Source: an uncultured archaeon
GTDB taxonomy: Archaea; Iainarchaeota; Iainarchaeia; Iainarchaeales; 1-14-0-10-31-34
Reading direction: 5' to 3'
Length of the DNA: 64,000 bases
Assembly (NCBI GenBank): GCA_964442255.1
Contig: CAYTYC010000004.1
Span: 1,416 to 65,415, forward strand
The notes under the pieces were generated by a model, which saw only the letters and a list, made by a program, of their open reading frames with translations, was not told the DNA's origin and searched no databases. The position numbers were made by a program, and so were the translations under genes. Shown here one piece after another: positions 57,301-64,000 of this stretch (positions are counted from its first letter, which is position 1; every line of letters begins with the position of its first letter).

Positions 57301-59529
57301 CGTGCGGTAGTTTACTTCAAAGCTCTCTTCCCCAAAGCCTTCCCTTGCCTTCACCCTTGCCCTCACAATTTTTGTTCCGCCCGGGTTTTCAAAGTAAAGC
57401 TCCAGAAACTTGCTGAATTCCCCTGCTTCTCCCTCGTTTCTCCTGTCAATGGACTCGTTTCCGGGCGAAGGAAAGGGCTGGTATGTCTGGCCGAAGAAAA
57501 AGTTGTCCGCAACCGCGTCAAATCCCGTCACTCCAACCGTGTCGGATTCAATGTAAGGGACCGTGTCGTTTCCCACGCGCACATGCATTCCGCCTTTGTA
57601 TTCGCCTTCAATCCACTGCGTTTCAAATTCAAGGTAATAGTCTTTTCCTTTCACTATTCCTTTCACTTCGTTTCCGTCCTCGTCCAGTATCCTTGCAAGC
57701 CTTATCTTCGGCTTTAATTCAAGGTGCTGTTCTTTGTTCAATTCCATTTCCAGTTCCCTGTTTTTCCCTATCTGCCTTAATTCCGAGTGCGTTGTCCCGT
57801 CGGGCAGCGAAACCTCCACCACCGCCTCATTGTAGCCTATTGAGTCAAACACAACTGACCCCTCTTCGATTGGGCCGTCAAACAATACTGTGCCGTCTTT
57901 TGCGCTGACCAAAACGTTTCCGTCTTCAATCACATTCCCGTTTTCGTCCTTCAACACCAGCGTTTTCACGGTGTCAGGCACCTTTAACTGGATTATCAGC
58001 TCATTCAGTTCCGGTTCAATTGTTTTCTGCGCCTCCCCTTTTTCCAGTTTCCAGAACCCTTTTACCCTGATGTTTTTTCCTGCTTCCATGGTGGTTTCAT
58101 GGCTTCCGTCCAGCCCTGTGCTCGCAATTCCCAGGCCCAAGGGAAACTCTTCCTGTTCTTCCCCTTTTAGTTCATAGAACTGCAGGGTTGCATTCACCGC
58201 GGGCTTTTGCCCGGAGGTTATGGCGTGCACAATCAGTTCAGCCGAATTTTCAATTGTCGCCTTTTTCAATTCAATGTCCGCGCTTTCCTGCGCCAACGGA
58301 ATCACTTCAATCACTTTTGGAAGGTAGCCTTCCTTCACGGCGCCGATGAAGTATTTTTCGTTGACGTTCAGTCCCCCGAATTCCACGAAGCCCCCGAAGC
58401 CGGTTTCCTTTGTTTCCAGCACCTTGTTTTCCAAGCCGTAAAGAGTCACTTCCGCGGAGTGCAAAAGGGTTTTTGTGTCTTCGTCCATTACTGCGACAGT
58501 AAATTGTTCTCCGCCTTTTTCCAGGAAAATTTCTTTCACTGTTTCCTCTCCGCGCAATGTAACAAACTCTTCCTCTGAATCCTCGTATCTCACATACCCG
58601 TCCTTTTCAACACTTACCATTACCACTGTGCCTTTTTTCAGGTAACTTGAATAGATTCCGTCGTCGTCTTCCTCCGATTCATCCAGTTTCTTGAAGCTTT
58701 CCCCGTCAAAAATTCTGATGTTTGCGCCTTCCACCAGGCTTTTTGTTTCCGAGTCAAACACTTTTACTATCAAATTGGTTTCGCCCTGGAGTTCCGCGGG
58801 TTTCGGCGCAAGGGAAATTGTCCTTAACTCCGTTGACTCAAAGCGGATTTTCTGGCTTAAATCCTCATACGAATCGGCGGTGACCTCAACCAGTATTTCC
58901 TCTTTTTTAGGCAGGTTCACCAGTTCCGCGATTCCGTCTCCTCCGCTTACCGCGTTCCTTACCTCGGCCTTCCAGCTTGCCGTCACCAAAACGCCTTCAA
59001 TTGCCGTGTCTTTTTCCGAGTCAATGAACCGCAGCTTTCCGTTGATGTAGCCGGTTTCCATTCTTTCAAGGAAAAGGTTTGCGGTTACGTTCACCGAATC
59101 CAGGTCAAGCAGTTCCGAGTCTTTTTTAAATCCCTCTTTTTCCGCTTCCACGGTTACAGTGCTTCCGATTGGAATTCCTTCAAGCAGTATCGCTCCGCCG
59201 TTTGACCCGGGTTCAGGGCCGTAAATGGTTTTCCCGGTTTCGTTTTTCACGGAAACCATCGCCCCGCTAAGCCCTTTTCCTTCGTCGTCCACGATGTTCA
59301 TCGCGATTGAAACGTTTGCCGCCGCAAAATTAAAGTAAAAAAACCCAAGCAAAATGAACAGGATTATCGCAATCAATGCGATGAACACAGGGAAAAAGGG
59401 AATTCCGCGGTTCTCGAACAGGTCAACGATTTTGTATACCGGCAATCCCTTGTCGTCCAGGAAATCCATTCCCGCATAGAATTTGTCCTCTATTTTTGCG
59501 TACACTTCCGCAAGCTTGCCTGAAATCAA
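51334..59529 (-). CDS. Giant surface protein 4 (2731 aa): the same N-module plus TM, CarboxypepD_reg-like repeats, coiled region, and a C-terminal family-1 lytic transglycosylase (SLT/GH23) domain; TTG start
   Basis: N-terminus (TTG)ISGKLAEVYAKIEDKFYAGMDFLDDKGLPVYKIVDLFENRGIPFFPVF plus TM. C-terminus ..ETESSGNRFAVNTETGATGLMQIMPYW...AIGAYHGGTG matches the SLT catalytic motif (ES..N..A.S..GA.GLMQIMP...AYNAG). Confidence 0.85.
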   Translation of the reverse strand: MISGKLAEVYAKIEDKFYAGMDFLDDKGLPVYKIVDLFENRGIPFFPVFIALIAIILFILLGFFYFNFAAANVSIAMNIVDDEGKGLSGAMVSVKNETGKTIYGPEPGSNGGAILLEGIPIGSTVTVEAEKEGFKKDSELLDLDSVNVTANLFLERMETGYINGKLRFIDSEKDTAIEGVLVTASWKAEVRNAVSGGDGIAELVNLPKKEEILVEVTADSYEDLSQKIRFESTELRTISLAPKPAELQGETNLIVKVFDSETKSLVEGANIRIFDGESFKKLDESEEDDDGIYSSYLKKGTVVMVSVEKDGYVRYEDSEEEFVTLRGEETVKEIFLEKGGEQFTVAVMDEDTKTLLHSAEVTLYGLENKVLETKETGFGGFVEFGGLNVNEKYFIGAVKEGYLPKVIEVIPLAQESADIELKKATIENSAELIVHAITSGQKPAVNATLQFYELKGEEQEEFPLGLGIASTGLDGSHETTMEAGKNIRVKGFWKLEKGEAQKTIEPELNELIIQLKVPDTVKTLVLKDENGNVIEDGNVLVSAKDGTVLFDGPIEEGSVVFDSIGYNEAVVEVSLPDGTTHSELRQIGKNRELEMELNKEQHLELKPKIRLARILDEDGNEVKGIVKGKDYYLEFETQWIEGEYKGGMHVRVGNDTVPYIESDTVGVTGFDAVADNFFFGQTYQPFPSPGNESIDRRNEGEAGEFSKFLELYFENPGGTKIVRARVKAREGFGEESFEVNYRTWAEFNGLTARTPEDQVLGSEKVSREKSALYAETISEKVSVFESEPLCKEKLCITHMFLTKEGGRFGEKEFSAGLGEVYALEAEMVAAENLSVNLRVSTSDSVPKVVFTSYSLSGASNFADNENPLQALTANNISLSRGTPKTARFYFKGIKEGEAFIRSEAKLGNEGIEDELFFAVFREAELDIELEDFVNAGEEIKITLKDSLGRPVENAKIRIISADGETAAEMLGDGSTGNGRDGVYRFKNSLEPGKYAARIEAPGFRPVEKGFMVGAKEGLKIEEKILLNMPFGEKVVRIEETIRNTLTLPVSGIAAEVVPAKNWPDELILSALPPAELGPRETGKIGFTAEYTGNEEKIVHGEADVEFTGLVNGEYVVAAKTRVKVNYNQRLKESCLEFDSSELQAYLVGAEGNRKTLDILMKNNCGVPLNFSPEALPKGKEAPGVEVYAGTFRLEADGKPHQYSLELVSTFPTMFDLQQQYNYDVFFKSPQISKSIPLKIILWNPKIALFVPDNLHIWITQSQRQKTGIGRAMLFISNRGNADVSEITMALEQHIPGVDVKIEPRNEFPLLKKGQSIPPAYVVATANTEKSSTHLGNLVINGNIEGRHYTNLWSVPVYFHVSDWHCLSLQTLPGEPLNFETDTKKSFEAITRFVSIKNFCQEPVVIGEMEPKYIGNNYIEIYPDGEVLPPQTGRDDFELTVYPSESIDVSRPVSVLGVGQVTRELIKSEPVNISLKVGESATSCSGGKCRAMPEIEVPICEDRDSETKKISFPKLSTDCHEGYCDAQGMAGYIAKKAKDKIVQAKRRVTELANTTLNVQGCDPRQGYCTFESMNIQADSLEVFLSHDNLSREMLKKEIDDLKSSEFENFDVRYGEGDFGVAGIGLLSRIYIPGDLAGCGRYKLTTTGAVGVEGDRLDTESIVVVFRLVDADETPECKSVAQNAPNFLPLDKKYNSESAYESWLTMVDGKDSSTKKFEEKFAEKLFGKSEGRLGGGGSRNTVELELGEVPFNGLMKIEVKPGFSAENPKKVYVTVSRKSVEASESVEGGEDKLIEETARILGNLWNSKLGDACISRDESFFVVSSAERVEEFVPRLEVPGSMQVSMQETCVNGVLSNLSSGEFDLVFDEDSAKIPGLEYIEVWDASAKQVKTTAKTAEKTEAPKEGEEAKTGEKIVWEYERKGEKPAFRLTETDRDFTVNLAKFDKASKRYYYHFQLCIRGGADFQEATEKSIKLKAEDLHGPYSMEEFREIDLMLCGLTPLEFLEEAYKTPVGEEPYYATLVWDGGDDKVNLADVYSQLRKNKLTDPKSELIKAESSKRVTSIAAWGAGCFVGCGGCAVITKLGFIPGAVVDCLLLTCGPPVAVGLIKEYLNVDLSFDKIVDFTWGKIKDLVNFVKGEEKLILDEAVKAEGGNSWLPDFLVGNLDDTGKEIIEDMVSTSLATGGTRQAWKTIRPGVDQVLAPSEFAKDAIKGRLESLQGGAKVASGINAKLGGFTDPVTGRQYMNITADAGGKFTLIDNTGIGLESLEKQEAALKTQMDNLTQGRGRQAISPQMQTQYDNLVDEAGRLKNASRAHQGVVDDLVKKGLLKEGDLVGTVAVDDARNAVISNLNREASELKEILDHTNMDGEKSIRKSMKTVTDQVGNRNYTTAADGLEDVAKKVGKSKKWIVRGEAAEVSRWRRLWANHPNLSRFIRGFGCLAAGEAAGYEAFKWYWGAEGVQSPGGYCEPTGLQTINGVPVELTAKEFEFQKNFTYGVRHLEGKDKCLQFWLVTSSDEIQSTSNRLDKCGNEFEAKEMEINRTTSSQDAKTKSASKAAGVSEDLIKSIIETESSGNRFAVNTETGATGLMQIMPYWFNDTSLPSVKKYAKDGEDTYGYRDTGTMIIEVPGVKTFPARVNYKGKGKAIPKELWFDETVNIEVGTDIVKHLLQQDDIKGCDDPLALAIGAYHGGTGAIEKCKIIKNAAIEYSTTVLSKMGSIAKNEGKSIEGAVS
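51337..51870 (-). other. SLT (soluble lytic transglycosylase, GH23) catalytic domain at the C-terminus of giant protein 4
   Basis: E-S catalytic dyad context ..IIETESSGNRF.., the GLMQIMP motif, and the downstream AYHGG motif. Confidence 0.75.
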
Positions 59530-59574
59530 CCTTTCACCCGTTCATCTGCACAGCCAAATCATAAGAATTACTTC

Positions 59575-59595
59575 ACGCAAATATATAATTATTCT
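59575..59595 (-). promoter_or_regulatory. Putative TATA box upstream of giant protein 4 (candidate island promoter)
   Basis: On the minus strand, AATTATATATTTG lies ~50-60 nt upstream of the TTG start at 59529. Confidence 0.35.
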
Positions 59596-59647
59596 TCTTT
59601 TAGAAATAGTGTTCCATGCTATTTAAGCCTTTTGGCTTGCGCCCGGC

Positions 59648-59962
59648 TTAAATTGTAATGCCGCTTTTCAGGGCTTCGCTTACAATGGAAACCTGCCTGC
59701 TCAATTTTTTGAATTCTTCCGGGGTGTAGCAGAGGAAGTCAACCGGATAATCTAAACGCCAGTGCCTGTGCAGGCCTTCTGCTCTTCCGAATTTTTTTCT
59801 CTTAAAATAAGGGGAAACAATTATTAGGTCTACATCGCTGTCTTTGCGGTGCCTTTTCCCTGCCCTTGAACCAAATAAAATGACCCTTTCCACTTTCCTT
59901 TTTTCAGATACCTCTTTTTTGAATTTTTCTATCCCTTTGATTAAAGCTTCTCTTTCGCCCAT
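59648..59962 (-). CDS. Nucleotidyltransferase (MNT) antitoxin-like protein
   Basis: ILFGSRAGKRHRKDSDVDLIIV matches the minimal nucleotidyltransferase motif G[SG]..x9-13 D.D; 104 aa. Confidence 0.7.
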   Translation of the reverse strand: MGEREALIKGIEKFKKEVSEKRKVERVILFGSRAGKRHRKDSDVDLIIVSPYFKRKKFGRAEGLHRHWRLDYPVDFLCYTPEEFKKLSRQVSIVSEALKSGITI

Positions 59963-60294
59963 TTCAACACCTTTTCGGATTTTCTTATGGCTTCCTGCAC
60001 GCTTGTTTTTTCAAATTTGGCGTAAGTGTCCGGGTACCTTGTTTCAATGTAGAACGAGCTGATTTCATCGCAGATGTCCAGCAAATGTTTGGGGACTTCA
60101 ACTTTTTTCCCAAGGAAATAGAGGTCATGGGTTTTGAACAGTTTCCTGAATCTTTTGATGTACAAAGCCTTTAACGCTTTTTCAACTGCCTGCTGGCAGA
60201 AAAAAGCCGCGGCATCGAAAACATTTTCCCTGAAATTAATCTTTGCGGTATTCAAATCGTGCTCTGCTTTTTCCATCCATTCCTTTGGCTCCAT
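59941..60294 (-). CDS. HEPN-domain protein (toxin-like partner of the MNT gene)
   Basis: 117 aa, all-helical, with the ETRYPDTY motif in the HEPN R-x(4-6)-H position. Overlaps the MNT gene by 22 nt. Confidence 0.65.
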   Translation of the reverse strand: MEPKEWMEKAEHDLNTAKINFRENVFDAAAFFCQQAVEKALKALYIKRFRKLFKTHDLYFLGKKVEVPKHLLDICDEISSFYIETRYPDTYAKFEKTSVQEAIRKSEKVLKWAKEKL

Positions 60295-60339
60295 TTTTTT
60301 CCCCTTCAGCGCCTGCTATTAAAAGGGCAAAAGCGGTTT

Positions 60340-60915
60340 TTAAGCCTTTTGGCTTCCATTAATTCCGCGCCTGCGCTTGCGCGGCTTTTTAACCTTTTTC
60401 ACTCCGGCGGCAAGCCAGTACCATGCCCCATAAAACCCCGCAATAACAACAATCAGTGAAACCCTGAACAAAACATCGTGCGTGAAAACCGCTGTCTCAA
60501 CACTTGAATTAATTAAAATATTTATGCTCACAACAATCCTGGCCAAATTAAAAATGTTGACTCCAACAAACGCCGCAACAGCCCCGTACAGTTTTTTTCT
60601 CCATGAAATAAATGGAGTCGCAGCAATTGCGGAAACCAAAACAACCAACTCCAAAATTCCTGTGCACAATTCCCCTATTTCCACCTTAAAATCCCGGAAA
60701 TCAATCAGCACAGGCTCTGCCGCAGAGGCAATTGTGCCGTGCGCCCCAAACAAATTCATCAAAAAAATCACGGCTTGTGCAACCGCAAGCTCGCTCCACT
60801 CCAGCGGAACAACAAAATAGAAAATTCCGTACAGTACGGCAAAAACCGCCATGAGAAAAACCAAAAACTTTGCCCCGCGGAGCACTTCTTCTTTGCTGAA
60901 ATCCATTTTCACCAC
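60340..60915 (-). CDS. Small archaeosortase/exosortase-family membrane protein
   Basis: 191 aa with ~5 TM helices. Cys in a TM helix within EIGELCTGILEL (the C-[ST]-G motif), conserved Arg (NLARIV), and a basic C-terminal tail. Confidence 0.5.
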   Translation of the reverse strand: MVKMDFSKEEVLRGAKFLVFLMAVFAVLYGIFYFVVPLEWSELAVAQAVIFLMNLFGAHGTIASAAEPVLIDFRDFKVEIGELCTGILELVVLVSAIAATPFISWRKKLYGAVAAFVGVNIFNLARIVVSINILINSSVETAVFTHDVLFRVSLIVVIAGFYGAWYWLAAGVKKVKKPRKRRRGINGSQKA

Positions 60916-60934
60916 ATAATAACGCCTTAAGTGC

Positions 60935-61168
60935 TTATTTTTCTTTTTGCTTTTCCCTGAATTCCCTTAAAACCGGCAAAAATTTTTCGGCTCCTTTCCT
61001 TGTGAGCTCGTAATTCATTCCGTGCGCTGTGGGGTGCTTGTACAGGAGGCCTTCCCTTATGAAATCCTTCAAAACAAAGAAAGCATTTTTGCGCTTGTCT
61101 TTCGCGATTCCGGAAAGAAGGGGTTCCTTTTTTGAATGCCTTTTGCTGTAGTGTTCCGCGCAAGCCAA
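60935..61168 (-). CDS. PadR-like winged-helix transcriptional regulator (possibly frameshifted relative to the overlapping ORF 60927..61250)
   Basis: GLLYKHPTAHGMNYELTRKGAEKFL resembles the PadR recognition helix and wing. The overlapping alternative frame encodes a PadR-like N-terminus (EEFRKVVALAIVKKIG). Confidence 0.35.
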   Translation of the reverse strand: MACAEHYSKRHSKKEPLLSGIAKDKRKNAFFVLKDFIREGLLYKHPTAHGMNYELTRKGAEKFLPVLREFREKQKEK

Positions 61169-61328
61169 TTTTTTTGACTATGGCTAATGCCACAACTTTC
61201 CTGAACTCTTCCGAATCTTCCTTTTTCACAATTAACCTGCGAAAAGGCAAAGAAATAAGAAGGCTTCAATACTGCAATCAACGAAAAAACAATACAGTAT
61301 ATGCTCTAAAGTTATATTTTTAGGGTTT

Positions 61329-61667
61329 TTGGCTTTTGTCCTTTTCATGTATGCAACCCAAACCCTTAGCGCAGTCCAGGTGCTGCGCTTTAACGGGGAA
61401 AAAGCCGAGCTTGAGCTGCTTAAGGTTATTCACTCTTTTCCGGGCTTGAGCGTTTACTCCCTTTCCCAGAAAGCCTCCTGGACCTGCGGAAAAACCCAGC
61501 AGGCTGTGGAAAGGCTGCACAAAAAAGGTTTGGTGGAATTTGGGGAAACAGTTGAAAGTTCCCGTGTTCAGAAAAAGGTGTTTGAAACCCCTGCAACAAA
61601 GCTCATCAGCTTCCGGAAAAAAGAGCTTGAGCTCATGGAAAAATTCCTGAAAAGGAAAGCGGAATAA
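61329..61667 (+). CDS. Winged-helix DNA-binding protein (MarR/TrmB-like), hypothetical
   Basis: LELLKVIHSFPGLSVYSLSQKASWTCGKTQQAVERLHKKGLVEF fits a helix-turn-helix plus wing; 112 aa. Confidence 0.45.
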   Translation: MAFVLFMYATQTLSAVQVLRFNGEKAELELLKVIHSFPGLSVYSLSQKASWTCGKTQQAVERLHKKGLVEFGETVESSRVQKKVFETPATKLISFRKKELELMEKFLKRKAE

Positions 61668-61693
61668 TCTTTTATCGCACTTTCTGCCCGGCC

Positions 61694-62335
61694 TCACTCC
61701 GCCAGCTTATTTTTCAGCGCTTTTGTGGCACCAATGTATTTTTGGTATTCTATTGGGCCCATCAATCGGTGCATCTGAACCTCAAGCAAATCTGCATAGA
61801 ATTCTAATGTGCCGCTTACGGAACCGCCTTTTGACAGGCTTAAACTTTCTTTTTGTGTGTCCTCCAACTCCCTTATTGCCGTGTCCAAGCTTTTAATCTC
61901 TTTTTTTGTGTTTTCCACTCTGCCTCTTTGCGGAAGGCTTTTTTGGATTTGCCTCACTTCTTTGAGCAGCTTTGCCAAAGAAGAAACACTTACAGGCTGC
62001 CCCCTAGCAGTATCCAGCCTTATTTTGCCCGCTATCAGCCAAAGGTTCACCAGCTTCCCAAGCTTTCCTTTTGTTGAATTTGGAATCTTCAACCTACTAA
62101 TAATTTCATTAGAGAGAACTGCTTCATAATAAGCCAACTGGCTTGTTTTTTCTCCTTCACTCAAGGGCCTTTTTGTTGACACAATTTTTTTGGCTTCTTC
62201 CATGAGGCTTTGCATATCAATAGAGTCAACAATCCTTTTTGTTTCTCTTTTTATTTCCTCTTGAATTGCATTCCTTGTCTTGCTTGATATTTCTTTTCGC
62301 CTTGCTTTGGAAGGGCTTCTGCCTCTTGCTTTCAT
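61694..62335 (-). CDS. Hypothetical basic/coiled protein
   Basis: 213-aa ORF with an ATG start, divergent from the ATPase gene. Confidence 0.4.
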   Translation of the reverse strand: MKARGRSPSKARRKEISSKTRNAIQEEIKRETKRIVDSIDMQSLMEEAKKIVSTKRPLSEGEKTSQLAYYEAVLSNEIISRLKIPNSTKGKLGKLVNLWLIAGKIRLDTARGQPVSVSSLAKLLKEVRQIQKSLPQRGRVENTKKEIKSLDTAIRELEDTQKESLSLSKGGSVSGTLEFYADLLEVQMHRLMGPIEYQKYIGATKALKNKLAE

Positions 62336-62449
62336 GCAAACACATGTCCTTCAAGCCGCATAAAAGGCTTTCGCCCTGTTTTTGTTTCACGGTTTTTCCT
62401 TTACAGTAATGAATTAATATAACTTTCACCTATTTTTAATGGATTTTTC

Positions 62450-64000
62450 ATGAAGATTGGCGGATTCAGGGTAGGCGACTATGCAGTCAAGGAAGAAGGC
62501 GGAAAACGCCACCTGATTTTTGACTGCAGGGACTGCGTGTACGGGACTTCAATTGCCGATGATAAGGCGTGCAGGTTTCATGCAATAAAGGTTTTGGGCC
62601 GGGTTGAAGCAGACCTCCTCGTGCTTGCGGACGTCTATGAAAGGGTTTACGGCAAGGAGCAGACCTCTGAATTGATTGAACTGGGAAACCTTGCCGCAAA
62701 GTTTGAGCTTGAAACCCCTTGGAGTTATTCCCATTTGGGCTACGATATTGGGGACACGCAAAAGCATTTTCCGCAAAGGCATGACACAATTGTTTCCATT
62801 ACACAGGAGCTTGTCGGCTTTGACCCTGTGCTGGGGTACCTTTCCTGCCTCCGGGAAATCAAGAAAGAGAAACTGCTGTTTGAGCAGTCTTCAGGGGATT
62901 ACGCGGAAGCCACAAAAGCATACCTCACCACCCTGCTTGGAATAAAGAAGTCTTTTGAGGAAACTTCGCTGATTAAAAAAGTGAAAAACTGGCTGATTAA
63001 GTTAAAGGAAATCCCGGAAACAACCCAGCTTTACCACACCTTGTTTGAGGCGGAAATAAAGCCTTCCTTTATCGGCTCAAGGCTGATGTTTGAGAAAACC
63101 GAGTCGCTTGAGCTTTTGGACGAATACACCGTTAAAAAGGCAACCGTGCAGGTTTACGCGCACCCCAACAAAACGGAAAAGCTTTACTTCATTAATCCCC
63201 CTGAATATTCCCTTCCGCCCGAAAAATACTTTGTTTTAAGCAAAACCAAGGAGGTTGTCGCGGGCTACAAGCCGGGAAAAACTTCTTTAAGCCAGATAGC
63301 GAAAAGCAGGAAATACTTTGAAAGGGTTTATGAGGCAACAATCTCTGACATCGCGCAGGAAAACAGCATTTCCTTAAGCAAGGCGGAAGTAAGGGAGCTT
63401 GCCGGAATTGTCGCCCGCTACACGGTGGGATACGGAATCCTTGAAATCCTTTTAAGCGACAGAAAGCTGACAGACATTTACATGGATTCCCCGATCGGGC
63501 AAAAGCCATTGTATGTGGTTCACGCTGACTTCGGGCAATGCCAAAGCAACGTGCTTTACACTGAAACAGAAGCCGACGCCCTGGTTTCAAAGCTCAGGGC
63601 AATGAGCGGAAGGCCTTTTGACGAGGCCCACCCTGTTCTGGATTTTGACCTCCCAAACCTTGAAACAAGGGTTGCTGTCATTGGCGAACCCCTTTCCCCT
63701 GACGGGGTTGCATTCGCTTTCCGTTTGCATAAGGTAACCCCGTGGACTTTGCCGCAGTTCATTGACGTCAAATACCTTTCCCCGCTGGCTGCAGGCTTAA
63801 TGTCTTTTTTTGTGGACAACCAGGCAACCATGCTTGTGACAGGCTCCAGGGGTTCGGGAAAAACCTCCATGCTCGCTTCACTCATCCTTGAAATTCCCCA
63901 GAATTCCCGCATTCTGGTGCAGGAAGACACACTTGAGCTTCCCGTGAATTACATGAAGGAAATTGGCTTCAACATCCAGCGCCTTAAAACCAGGTCCCCT
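62450..64000 (+). CDS. FlaI/GspE/VirB11-family secretion ATPase (archaeal type IV filament assembly ATPase), 5' portion; it continues past the window end
   Basis: Translated by hand with no stop for 517 codons. Walker A is LVTGSRGSGKTSML and the Asp box is ILVQEDTLEL. The ORF is absent from the track only because it lacks a stop within the window. Confidence 0.75.
   Translation, partial: MKIGGFRVGDYAVKEEGGKRHLIFDCRDCVYGTSIADDKACRFHAIKVLGRVEADLLVLADVYERVYGKEQTSELIELGNLAAKFELETPWSYSHLGYDIGDTQKHFPQRHDTIVSITQELVGFDPVLGYLSCLREIKKEKLLFEQSSGDYAEATKAYLTTLLGIKKSFEETSLIKKVKNWLIKLKEIPETTQLYHTLFEAEIKPSFIGSRLMFEKTESLELLDEYTVKKATVQVYAHPNKTEKLYFINPPEYSLPPEKYFVLSKTKEVVAGYKPGKTSLSQIAKSRKYFERVYEATISDIAQENSISLSKAEVRELAGIVARYTVGYGILEILLSDRKLTDIYMDSPIGQKPLYVVHADFGQCQSNVLYTETEADALVSKLRAMSGRPFDEAHPVLDFDLPNLETRVAVIGEPLSPDGVAFAFRLHKVTPWTLPQFIDVKYLSPLAAGLMSFFVDNQATMLVTGSRGSGKTSMLASLILEIPQNSRILVQEDTLELPVNYMKEIGFNIQRLKTRSP

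Noticed and set aside
60927-61323. Overlapping ORFs 60927..61250 (minus), 61069..61281 (minus) and 61132..61323 (plus)
   Set aside because: They are mutually exclusive with the PadR-like reading. Only the 60935..61168 frame carries a recognisable wing/HTH. The region may contain a frameshift, so a single low-confidence call was made.

Overview
This 64-kb window appears to be archaeal. Supporting evidence: a family-B DNA polymerase, a type-2 methionine aminopeptidase, intron-containing tRNAs, a tRNA-His with an encoded G-1, archaeal-style TATA boxes and frequent TTG starts. The left 24 kb is housekeeping and accessory sequence. It holds eight tRNA genes, four of them with introns, one of which is unusually long at 184 nt. 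Protein genes include HisRS, TrkA/TrkH, RpiA, MetAP2, PolB, a HAD hydrolase, a PHP phosphoesterase, a SAM methyltransferase and DUF116/DUF4430/DUF2283 proteins. Also present are a free-standing LAGLIDADG homing endonuclease, tRNA-fragment direct repeats, and two copies of a ~100-nt terminator-containing repeat. The right 40 kb is a minus-strand island of four tandem, paralogous giant proteins of 2434-2731 aa. Each has a conserved ~40-aa cytoplasmic N-terminal module, one TM helix and a huge ectodomain built from carboxypeptidase-regulatory/Ig-like beta-sandwich repeats, ending in a different C-terminal head. One head carries a clear family-1 lytic transglycosylase (SLT/GH23) domain, one has tandem Asp-rich Ca-binding repeats, and one has a Tyr/Gly-rich prion-like tract. 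A 624-aa protein with an archaeal class III (type-IV-pilin-like) signal peptide sits inside the island, and five small membrane-protein genes follow it. Flanking it are a HEPN/MNT pair, a small archaeosortase-like protein, and a truncated FlaI/GspE-family secretion ATPase at the window edge that the ORF track does not list. Two small CARDB-like surface proteins elsewhere in the window end in a shared 'PEI[GS]AI..TM..RKK' tail and are candidate substrates of the archaeosortase-like protein. The giant-protein island looks like a previously undescribed cell-surface or host-contact apparatus, possibly of a symbiotic (DPANN-like) archaeon. That interpretation is inference only. All calls rest on reading the sequence by eye; no database searches were run.
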